Source of the DNA: Macrostomum lignano | Taxonomy: Eukaryota | DNA: 25,671 nt | NCBI GenBank assembly: GCA_002269645.1 | Contig: NIVC01005122.1 | Location: 1 to 25,671 of the forward strand | Direction: 5' to 3' | In this document: one piece after another, positions 10,227-20,119 of the stretch | Numbering within the stretch: position 1 is the first letter of the stretch | Layout: each line of letters starts with the position of its first letter | Notes under the pieces: generated by a model | What the model was told of the DNA's origin: nothing | Seen by the model: the letters and a program-made list of their open reading frames with translations, nothing else | Database searches by the model: none | Program-made: the position numbers and the translations under genes

Positions 10227-10234
10227 ATGGCAAC
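10221..10234 (+). promoter_or_regulatory. RFX X-box match ATCGCCATGGCAAC overlapping the tektin start codon
   Basis: Fits RYYNYY-WW-RRNRAC at all 14 positions with a perfect GGCAAC half-site, and lies at a motile-cilium gene. Function is untested. Confidence 0.5.
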
Positions 10235-10640
10235 AGAGACAAAGCCAAACGCCAAGTATCAGCCAGTGGACTGGTTCACCAACGCGTACGCGATTTCGTC
10301 TAACGCCGAGCGCCAGCGAGAAGCCTCCGATCAGGTGCGCCAGGAGGCCCGATTCCTGCGCAACGAGACCGACAACAAGACCAAATGGGACCAGAAGGAC
10401 AACAACACCCGTCTGGCCGACCGCGTCGATGTCATCCGCAAGTGGAAGGAAATCCTCGAGCAGACTTTGGGCGACCTTGATGCCGAAATTTCCAAGCTGA
10501 GCGAGTCCAAGGAGCAGACCGAGGAGGCTCTGGAGCGCAAGAACCTGCCCACTGACACCGTCAACGAGTGCCTGACTGTTCGTGACGGACGTCGAAGCAT
10601 CGACAACGTTGAGGACGAGATCGAGCAACAGCTGCGCAAG
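10227..10640 (+). CDS. TEKT2: Tektin-B1/tektin-2 coding exon 1 (138 codons)
   Basis: MATETKP...DWFTN...QVRQEARFLRNETDNKTKWDQ resembles the TEKT2/tektin-B1 N-terminus; AAG|GTTAGT donor. Confidence 0.93.
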
Positions 10641-10754
10641 GTTAGTCATGGTTTCACCGTTTTCTCAACAAAGTACATGTATCAATAATTTGCTAACACA
10701 CATACTGTTAGTAGCTCGATTGAGTTATATACAATGCCTATTGCTATCGTCTAG

Positions 10755-11159
10755 GAGCAAGAGGTGATCGCCAAGGCCAAGCGCAATCTTCAACAGAAAG
10801 TTGACGAGCAGTTCGAGCAGCTGTGCGTCCTGCAGGAGGCCCGCCAGCAGATCCTGGCCGACCTGCAGAACAAGAACATCGCTCTGGGCATCGACATCGA
10901 CCAGTACAATCTGAACGAGCAGAGCCCCAACATCTCCTACAAGCCGAACCCCACCCGGGTGCCCAAGGGCAGCACAACCCCGCAGCAGTGGGAGGACTTC
11001 AGCCGGTACAATGTGGACAGGGCCAAGGCCGAGATCGCGTCCAGCGGCCGCCTGCGCGAGGCCGCCCACCGGACCATCCACGACACGGACAACGACCTGG
11101 AGTCCCAGCGGCAGGCCAGCGACTACGCGCTGAGGAAGCGACTGCACGAACAGGAGCAG
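10755..11159 (+). CDS. TEKT2: Tektin-2 coding exon 2 (135 codons)
   Basis: ctag acceptor; SPNISYKPNPTRVPKGSTTPQQWEDFS tektin linker; CAG|GTGAGG donor; phase 0/0. Confidence 0.93.
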
Positions 11160-11334
11160 GTGAGGCTGAGGGGATCGACACTGCATCATATTTGAGTTCA
11201 ATGCTCAAAACTTTGAAATCATCTCGTAAATCTTTCATCCGAGCTTTCTATCTCCAAACTCTTCGTCCGAATGTCTGTAACAAAAAATTTTCCTGTCAAA
11301 GATTTTAAACTCGACCTCTTAAACCCATCAACAG

Positions 11335-11591
11335 GCCAAGGACGAACTCGAATGGCAGAAGCAGCAGACTGAGGACGAGATCGCCGAACTCGAGCGAGAC
11401 ATTCGCGCCCTGGAGGAGGCCATCAAAGCGAAGATTCCTCCAGCTAAACTGGCCGAGACTCGCCTGGAGAACCGGACAACCCGGCCGGGCGTGGAGCTGT
11501 GCCGAGACGCGGTGCAGTACGGCCTTACCGACGAGGTGCAGCAGATCAAAGCCAGCAAAGACGCTCTCTACGACAAGCTCAAGCAGGCTCG
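11335..11591 (+). CDS. TEKT2: Tektin-2 coding exon 3
   Basis: caacag acceptor; contains the tektin signature RPGVELCRD and QYGLTDEV; CG|GTATGC donor in phase 2. Confidence 0.95.
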
Positions 11592-12144
11592 GTATGCCTT
11601 AATTATGCTTCTATTTCTTAGCTACTAATAGTAGATTTGTTGCAAATTATTATTTAAAAAACACTTAATCTCACCTGCACTTTAAAAAGAGCTGCCGGTC
11701 CGGTAAGTGGATCAGTCAGGAGAAAATAGAACTCATTTTGAGAGAAGGGGGGAGGAGGAAGATCGAGGGGGGGGGAAGAACCCGAGTTTCTCGGAAAGAG
11801 GAAAGCAATGTCTAAATGAAGATGAGCACACATCAGCGCAGCACTGTAGATTACTTGCTTGGACAGAGTGAATCCGAGCAAGAGAGGGAAGGCATGAACT
11901 TTAGCCGCAGTGCAGCAGCTGTTATCGACGAGAAGCGCCAGGATTCGAAAATTGCTCGCCAAGATGAGCCAAGGAGATCATTATTCTCGCTCCGGTTTGG
12001 GTTTGAAATTGAGATGGATTTGAGCAGCTCAGGGCAGAATGAAAAGGATATGCGAATAAATGATGTCGGTGAGAAGCTGGAAGATAAAGTCGACTTGAAA
12101 CACAAATAAATATTTAAATACAACAGGTAAATACATTCACATTG

Positions 12145-12365
12145 ACTCCATCGACTCAGTCATCTATCCTGCGCTCAACTGCATCGACTCAGTCATCTTT
12201 CCTGCACTCAACTGCATCGACTCAGTCATCTCTCCTGCACTCAACTCCAACGACTCAGTCATCTCTCCTGCACTCAAATCCATCGACTCAGTCATCTTTC
12301 CTGCACTCAAATCCATCGACTCAGTCATCTTTCCTGCACTCAAATCCATCGACTCAGTCATCTTA
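12145..12365. repeat. 33-bp minisatellite (ATCCATCGACTCAGTCATCTTTCCTGCACTCAA), about 6.5 copies, tektin intron 3
   Basis: Period 33 read directly. Confidence 0.93.
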
Positions 12366-12421
12366 CCTGCTCCGACTCCGTCATCATTCTAAGCCCTCCA
12401 CCCTCGCCTCCAACCCCTCAG

Positions 12422-12614
12422 GCACAACCTGGACGGCCTGCAGAAGCAGCTGGACCGAATCAACGCTGACCTGGCCGAGAAGACCAACTCAATCATGCTC
12501 GATAGGCGCACGGCCGACGTTAGAAACCGCCTAGCAACCAAGCCGATAACTCAGACCGATGGCAACATGCTCAAGACGGGCATCACCCGTGAACGGAGCA
12601 AGGTGTTGGCCTGA
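12422..12614 (+). CDS. TEKT2: Tektin-2 coding exon 4 (terminal, TGA at 12612-12614); spliced CDS 1269 nt, 422 aa
   Basis: cctcag acceptor; phase-2 join restores R-HNLDGLQKQLDRINADLAEKTNSIMLD; exon lengths sum to an uninterrupted frame. Confidence 0.92.
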
Positions 12615-13130
12615 GAAAATGAAGCAAAATGACGAACTCCCTTGACAATAACGGAACAACTCAGACTAAATGTTGCACTTTTACTCTGCTGCTGAGGTGT
12701 TTGGTCCAATTTATTTTCACTTTTGAAAATATTACCAGATAATTTAGTTCAGATAAACAAAGAAAGATTGTTTTGTTTGAGCAGAAAGTAAAGCCTATTT
12801 CTCAAAGTTTTCCTCAATAACTGACTGTTCTTGCTTCTTTTTTTCAAGTTTTTCCTTTCCTCTCCGATCGCTTCTCCTTTGTTGCGGCATTATCTTATCT
12901 GATGGATTGATACGCTTGTATTAGCTAGCGGGCTCAATTAGCGATATAAAGGACAAGATGTACTTAGTGTACAAGTCCGCACACAACAATGTAATTTTAG
13001 ATTACAGTAAAGCTAGTTGTAATGACTTGTGGGCTGGGTAGATAATTGAGTCTGACGGTGTACCGTCTACTGCCACCCCCGTTTTCGCCCTGTTTTTGGT
13101 CTGTATGAATTTAATAGTTAAAGTTGTCAA

Positions 13131-13136
13131 AATAAA
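13131..13136 (+). terminator. Candidate polyadenylation signal for TEKT2
   Basis: AATAAA about 520 nt after the stop and before the next satellite; common by chance in AT-rich DNA. Confidence 0.3.
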
Positions 13137-13231
13137 ATTTATAACTATGCGAGGCTTTAATTTGTCTGCTAAGTGCGTCAATATAAATAATATATGGTTG
13201 AAATTTATTGGCTGACATTACCTGCTCATTT

Positions 13232-13917
13232 TAAACACAACCCGTCTCTTTTCTAAACACAATCCGTCTCTTTTCTAAACACAATCTGTCTCTTTCTAAA
13301 CACAATCTGTCTCTTTCTAAACACAATCTGTCTCTTTTATATACACAATCAGTCTCTAAACACAATTCGTCTCTTTTCTAAACACAATCTGTCTCTTTTT
13401 AAACACAATCTGTCTCTTTCTAAACACAATCTGTCTCTTTCTAAACACAATATGTGTCTTTTATAAACACAATCTGTCTCTTTTATATACACAGTCAGTC
13501 TCTAAACACAATTCGTCTCTTTTATAAACACAATCCGTCTGTTTCTAAACACAATCTGTCTCTTTTATAAACACAATCCGTCTCTTTCTAAACACAATCT
13601 GTCTCTTTTATAAACACAATCTGTCTCTTTTATGTACACAATCAGTCTCTAAACACAATTCGTCTCTTTGTCTTTTCTAAACACAATCTGTCTCTTTCTA
13701 AACACAATCCGTCTCTTTCTAAACACAATCTGTCTCTTTCTAAACACAATCTGTCTCTTTCTAAACACAATCTGTCTCTTTCTAAACACAATCTGTCTCT
13801 TTCTAAACACAATCTGTCTCTTTCTAAACACAATCTGTCTCTTTCTAAACACAATCTGTCTCTTTCTAAACACAATCTGTCTCTTTCTAAACACAATCTG
13901 TCTCTTTCTAAACACAA
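13232..13917. repeat. 21-22-bp minisatellite (AAACACAATCTGTCTCTTTCT), about 31 copies
   Basis: Tandem units, homogeneous in the 3' half. Confidence 0.95.
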
Positions 13918-14468
13918 TTAACCCACTCTGTCTGACTGTCTCATTTCCATTTTATCTGCACCTTAAGCTCTCACCTATCTTAAAACTCCCTTTGCCATTT
14001 AAAATTACCTATACCAAGTCCACCTTTCATCGCCAATTCCCTCCCACACACCTTCCAAAGTCTGCAGTTGCCAGCGCGGAGCATTGAATTTCGCTCTATA
14101 TGCGAGTATAGTGCACTAATGGCTCTCATGTATGCTTCTGCACCAATCTCTTCTTGTTAAATCGTGGGTTGAATATTAGTATTCCCGAAATCATTTCTGA
14201 TTAGAAATCTTTAGAAGAGGTGAGGCATGAACAGAAATTGCAATCTAGACTTTGAATACATTCTGCCTGCGGCAATAGTAATCCCTATGGCGATCGCCCC
14301 ATCAAGTGCTTGTTAATCTGTGCAGATAAGGAGATTGGATAAAGGGATTAATTTGCTATAGATTAAGTAAATTAAAAATTCCTGTGTATATTTCAAAGAA
14401 TAAACAAGAGCGCTCAGTATTGTGTTTTTGCATTGAAATTAAGGACGCTGATCACGATTAATAAAATT

Positions 14469-14580
14469 TATCTAACAGCCCTTCAACACTCAACTAACAG
14501 ATATCTAACAGCCTCGAACACTCAACTAACAGATATCCAACAGCCTCGAACACTCAACTAACAGATATCTAACAGCCCTC
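14469..14580. repeat. 32-bp tandem repeat (TATCTAACAGCCTCGAACACTCAACTAACAGA), about 3.4 copies
   Basis: Direct reading. Confidence 0.88.
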
Positions 14581-15014
14581 AAATTCAGACAAGAAATTCA
14601 TTAACAAGACGCCAACAGGAAAGCAATTACAGAAATTTCAGCAGTGCACGCAAACAGTTTTGCTGGAGTCCCCGCAATTACGAGTCGCATTTCTTCTGCT
14701 CATCTCTTCCCCCACTGCATTTCCAACCTCGCCATTGGTTTGAAAACTGGGGCTGCTGGCTTCAACGTAGCGACCCAGCGACCCAATGGCCGCAGAGTCT
14801 TCACTGAGTAGATCATTATAGGGTCATGTTCAGCCTTCAGTTTGCATTGGGAAGACGAATCCAGATATTGCAAAACGGCTTAGCAGAAGAAGAATTTTAT
14901 ATTTTATAATTTTCTCCACGATCTCCCTGCAAACATTTTACAGAGAATTCTGCCCATGTGCCAATCCAACTGACTGTGTGAGTGCAACTGCTGCTCTTTG
15001 ATGGACAGATATAA

Positions 15015-15416
<402 letters not shown>

Positions 15417-15657
15417 GTTTCAATTTTCCCTCAAAGCGCGGAAAGCTTTCGGGCCCCGCCAGTTTGTCCCGGATTTCGCTCCTTTGTCGGGTCCTCGAAC
15501 TGGGTTGAACTTTTCTGTTCCTCTCTCTCAGCTCTGCTGCAATATGTTAGTCTGAAAATCGTGTCATTGTTTCTCTTTCTCTACTTCAAAGAGTTTATTC
15601 CCGGCAACTATTCGGAAATTAACAGGTATTCCTGGCACATTCAGAAAGGGGCCCAAT

Positions 15658-16010
15658 CCCAGATCCTCAGTTGCTGGGCCAGCCTCCCGGATCCTCAGTT
15701 GCTGCGCCAGCCTCCCAGATCCTCAGTTGCTGGGCCAGCCTCCCAGATCCTCAGTTGCTGCGCCAGCCTCCCAGATCCTCAGTTGCTGAGCCAGCCTGCC
15801 AGATCCTCAGTTGCTGAGCCAGCCTGCCAGATCCTCAGTTGCTGGGCCAGCCTCCCAGATCCTCAGTTGCTAGGCCAGCCTCCCGGATCGTCAGTTTCTG
15901 AGCCAGCCTGCCAGATCCTCAGTTGCTGGGCCAGCCTCTGAGATCCCCTGTTGCTGAGTCAGCCTCCTAGATCCAGTTGCTGGACCACAGCCATCCTCCC
16001 AGATCCTCCT
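15658..16010. repeat. 28-bp minisatellite (CCCAGATCCTCAGTTGCTGGGCCAGCCT), about 12 copies
   Basis: Period 28 read directly. Confidence 0.93.
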
Positions 16011-16978
16011 AAACTTTTACGTAATCAACTGCTAATTCATTTCGTTTTTGATTAATTCAATTCTGATATTTTAGCTTTTCAAGCAGCTTATCATCCATTA
16101 AAAAGATGAACTCAAGGTCTCCCATTTGAGCGCTTCCGCCAAGCAGTAACCCCCCCCCAGTTCCCTCCCTGACTCTGCATTTCATTAGCTCTGCTAGAGG
16201 GCAATAGATCAGCAGACAAAAAGGGGCTCAGAGTGTCTCTGACTTGTCAAACCCGCTGATTGACTGCCTGGGAAAATCAAGAGGGATCAGTAGCGTGCAG
16301 GGACAGCAGCCGACCGAGTGGCATTTTCTTTCTTTGCTTCCTCCTTTTTTGCGGAACTAATCGCCTCATAACCTTTCCACCCCTTCGTGCTCACTCGCCC
16401 GCCAAGCCCGCTGTGCCCAGCATGTCCCGGAGATTGAAACATTTATAATCCGGGCATATTTCCTCACTACAGCCGGGACTCGTCACCCCCCCCCCCGAGT
16501 CCTCATTCTCCCTGATCCCCCGTCTGGCCAAATATTCCCCACCCCGGCCTCATCCTCCTTCACAAGTTTCGGGAAAACTCCCGACTCGGCGGCCGAGGGA
16601 GTGTTGCCCAGGGCTTGAGCCAGCATCCTGCATCCTCCTCTCGGCTCTCTTCCCCAGCTCCATCCGCCAAATCCCGCGGGAGAATCGCCTGGAATGGGGG
16701 GGGGAGCAGAGCCCACGTCCTCTCCAGTCACAAACAGAAAAATAAGAACATTTAAAAAAAATCTACAATCAAAGAATTAAAATGCAAAAAAGTAATTTCT
16801 GATTCTCAAATTTTAATGGCTGCTCTCAAGAGACTGGAGCGGTTATCCATTCGTTGGTCAAATCAAGGCAGGGACTTCCGAAGCAGTCAGGCCCATTCCA
16901 CTGACCCCTTCATATTCATTTCCGAGCAGCCCCAGCCATGGTCAGCTAGCCCGCTCTCAAGCCTGCCGACCAGCAGCC

Positions 16979-18340
16979 ATGGAGAGCGTTCTTGTCTTCA
17001 TGAACAAGAACTACTTCCGCCGGGCTGGGAGTCTCCTGGCTCCCTGGCACCTGGACTCCAACTACAGCCGGGTTCGAGTCACCGTCAAGACCCGCAAGCT
17101 GACTGCGACGCTGTGCATCGTGGCCGAAGTCAACTCGTCGGGCGCTTCAACAACGGCGGCCCCGTCAAAGAAGCAGCCAATCGCGGCCGCATTCGACAAT
17201 CGGACGGTGCTGAAGAAGTCGATGCCCTTGAGCAGCCTGAAGGACGCCAGCCTGTCTTGTCGGGAGGTTCAGCGCACCAGAGTGTACTGCCTGACGCTGC
17301 GGCAGAGCAGCCTGTTGACTGGCGGCACCGTGAATCTGTACCACGAGCGCTACATGGAGATCGACAAGATCTACAGCTTCCTGCACGCCTGCCGACGGCC
17401 CATCGGCGTCTTCCTGGACCTCTTCGACCGGCTGCACAGCGGCCTCGGCCGGGGCAGCTGCGCCGAAGCGTCCGAGGCCGCTGCTGCCCTGGCCGACGGC
17501 GGCCGCAGCTGGGTGGTGAAGCTGCTGAACAACCTGACGGTGCAGAGTCTCGGCCTCTGCTCGGACTATCTCTACGTCCTGCGCGTCACTCAGGACAGCT
17601 TTGAACTGCAGGACGTCAACCAGTCGTGCATCCTGCCCTGCCCGCTGGTGAACATCGTGAAGTACGGCTCGCTGAACGGCTGGCTGTTCGTGCAGTACGC
17701 CACCTCGTCGTCCGCAGTCGGCCAGCAGGGCGGCTACTTGGCGCTGCAGTGCAGCCGGGCCCGGCAGCTGCACGCGCTGTTCAAGCAGCTCCTCGGCGGC
17801 AAGTTCATCAGGAAGTGGCCGAGCGATCCGTGCCTGCGGCCAAGCTGTCGGCGACCTCTGCAGCAGCAGCAGCAGCAGCTGTCGCCGTCGAAACAGCAAC
17901 CGGGAGGTCACCAGCTGCGCGGCAGCAGTGTTCGACGTCGAGACGCCTCGTTTAACGCCCACCGTCCGCGCTCCCGATTTCAACTCGACGCTGGGGCCGC
18001 CGGCGGTCCATCAAAGACTCCGTCGCCGTGTCGACGTCGCGGCTCTTTCGGCCGGTTCAGCTTCTTCAAGAAGCGGCGGCTGAAGGAGACTGGCTGGGCC
18101 TTCGCGCACCACCAGTCTGATGTGAGCGTCGCATCGTCGACCTCCTCCGGCGGAGGCGGCGGGCCCGGAGACGCTGGCGGCGGCGGCGGCGGCGATGGCA
18201 GCTCAAGCGCGTCATCGGTGGCTTCGCTGTCGCACCTGGACGAGAAACCCAGCCGAAGGCGCTCTGTTATTAAGAGCATCAGACGCGTATCGCGAAGTCT
18301 GAGGCACAGACATGACAAAAAGACTGAGGCAGTGGCTTAG
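16979..18340 (+). CDS. 453-aa putative docking/adaptor protein: N-terminal PH-like domain, IRS-type PTB-like domain, basic Ser/Gly-rich tail (DOK/IRS-like, divergent)
   Basis: Long ORF with strong GC3 bias and cagccATGg start. SWVVKL...YVLRVTQDSFEL...PLVNIVKYG...WLFVQ...GYLALQCSRARQLHALF aligns by eye with the DOK-type PTB pattern. Coding status is solid, the family call is by eye, and both ends may be extended by splicing. Confidence 0.7.
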   Translation: MESVLVFMNKNYFRRAGSLLAPWHLDSNYSRVRVTVKTRKLTATLCIVAEVNSSGASTTAAPSKKQPIAAAFDNRTVLKKSMPLSSLKDASLSCREVQRTRVYCLTLRQSSLLTGGTVNLYHERYMEIDKIYSFLHACRRPIGVFLDLFDRLHSGLGRGSCAEASEAAAALADGGRSWVVKLLNNLTVQSLGLCSDYLYVLRVTQDSFELQDVNQSCILPCPLVNIVKYGSLNGWLFVQYATSSSAVGQQGGYLALQCSRARQLHALFKQLLGGKFIRKWPSDPCLRPSCRRPLQQQQQQLSPSKQQPGGHQLRGSSVRRRDASFNAHRPRSRFQLDAGAAGGPSKTPSPCRRRGSFGRFSFFKKRRLKETGWAFAHHQSDVSVASSTSSGGGGGPGDAGGGGGGDGSSSASSVASLSHLDEKPSRRRSVIKSIRRVSRSLRHRHDKKTEAVA

Positions 18341-18380
18341 AAAGTTTTACGAGAACTTATAGCGAAATTGGCTTCGAAGG

Positions 18381-19020
18381 AGGGTGGGTGGAGGAGGAGG
18401 GCTGGGTGCGAGAGGAGGGTAGGGTGAAATAGGAGGGGTGGGTGCAGGAGGAGGGCTGGGTGCAAGTGGAGGGGGAAGAGGAGGGGTGGGTGCAAGAGGA
18501 GGGGGGAAGAGGAGGGCTGGGTGCAAGAGGAGGGGGGAAGAGGAGGGGTGGGTGCAAGTGGAGGGGGGAATAGGAGGGCTGGGTGCAAGAGGAGGGGGGA
18601 AGAGGAGGGGTGGGTGCAAGTGGAGGGGTGGGTGCAAGAGGAGGGGGGAAGAGGAGGGCTGGGTGCAAGAGGAGGGGGGAAGAGGAGGGGTGGGTGCAAG
18701 TGGAGCGGGGAATAGGAGGGCTGGGTGCAAGAGGAGGGGGAAGAGGAGGGGTGGGTGCAAGTGGAGGGGCGGGTGCAGGAGGAGGGCTGGGTGCAAGAGG
18801 AGGGGGGAAGAGGAGGGGTGGGTGCAAGTGGAGGGGTGGGTGCAGGAGGAGGGGTGGGTGCAAGAGGAGGGGTGGGTGCAGGAGGCAGGGTGTGTGCAAT
18901 AGGAGGGGTGGGTGCAAGAGGAGGGGTGTGTACAAGAGGAGGAGTGTGTGCAAAAGGAGGGATGGGTGCAAGAGGAGGGATGGGTGCAGGAAGAGGGGTG
19001 GGTGCAGGAGGGGTGGGTGA
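18381..19020. repeat. Purine/G-rich composite minisatellite (GGGTGCAAGAGGAGGG core, 18- and 30-bp units)
   Basis: Direct reading; begins about 40 bp after the stop of the adaptor ORF. Confidence 0.93.
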
Positions 19021-20119
19021 AAGAGTGCATAGTTCATAGTTCATAGTAAGTGCATAGTTCAACAGAGTGGGTGCAGGAGAGTTGCGTATCCCAGAAGTCC
19101 AGCAGGAAATGAGTTCAGTCCTCAACAAACATTGCACAAGGCGTTACAATCGAGTAAACACACGGAAGCAGTGTGCTCAAGAGAATACTCGGATTATGAA
19201 ATTTGCTGAGTGCTACAAGGCGTCACAGGGGGTCATTTTGGCTAGGGAAGAAGCAGAGAGAGCGACAGGAGAGGATTTTGCAAAGGAAGTCGCTCTGGAG
19301 TTAGTGTTTGAGAAGAACTGAGAGAGAGAGAGAGAAAGTGCGGCTTCATCGATTCGCACAGCTGCCTCCGTGAGACTTGCTGTCTCTTTCTGAGTTTCTT
19401 TATTAGGCTTCAGTTAAAAAAGCCGATTACACACATTTACTGAGAATTTGCTCGGTTTCAGCAATAACACATCTGTCTGGCCGGGCCTCACTGCTATCCG
19501 ATTTCTCATCTTCAGCCTCCCAGATGAAGCGTGTTGAAAAAGCAGAAGGGGAAGAAAAAGCAGGAGAAATGAGCGGGACCGAAGGCGGCCGGGCCGCAAG
19601 CCTCCGCCTATCCGCCAGTTAATTACCACGCAACCTGCGGGCGGTGGGGTCAGGTGCTTCTCTCTGCTCAAAGCTCTCCTTGTCTATCGAGTCTCATCTG
19701 AAAGGGATTTCTTTCCAACTCAAAGCCAGCAGCAGCCCCGACTGAGTGGCCGGGTAACGCAGCTGGGCATAGGGGCTTGTCTGGATGAATGGGACAGTTA
19801 TCCCCTGTTCCAATTCAACATGCAGCATCAAGAACAGCCTGTGGACTGACATCAGCCTCTACCTGTCATGTGGTCACTGTTCCGACAATATCAATTTCAT
19901 CAATTTTTATTGCGATTTGTCCTGTCGACATGGCTTTTTATTCAATGTGTGTTTGTCATGCAACTGTAAAGTACATCCTCAACCTGATTTTATGAGAATA
20001 ATTCACTATTTTGCGTTGCCCTGATTGGCTGGCGTCATTAAAAACTGCTTTGAGTTATATTAGATATGAATATTGATTATGAAATATGCAGAGTTTAACA
20101 AACCAATTACTATTTGTCG

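Noticed and set aside
10128-11558. Antisense and alternate-frame ORFs over tektin
   Set aside because: Shadows of the tektin exons, with boundaries that track those exons.
13642-14087. Repetitive ORFs (CLERDRL, FRKRQIV, FLNTICL)
   Set aside because: A 21-bp unit without stops is open in several frames on both strands; artefact of the repeat.
14905-14975. Minus-strand peptide WHMGRILCKMF resembling the GPCR ECL1-TM3 motif
   Set aside because: Followed by RSWRKL-stop with no hydrophobic helix or DRY motif, and no other GPCR segments nearby.
17068-17083. tRNA T-arm/B-box-like GGTTCGAGTC
   Set aside because: Inside coding sequence; no cloverleaf or A-box could be built.
16816-17983. Long overlapping ORFs (16816-17604 plus, 17165-17983 minus, 17626-17955 plus)
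   Set aside because: Shadow frames expected from the GC3-rich codons of the 453-aa gene; no recognisable domains.
18337-19137. Extensin/proline-rich and Gly-rich ORFs on both strands
   Set aside because: Open in nearly all frames because of the G-rich repeat; no evidence for one preferred frame.
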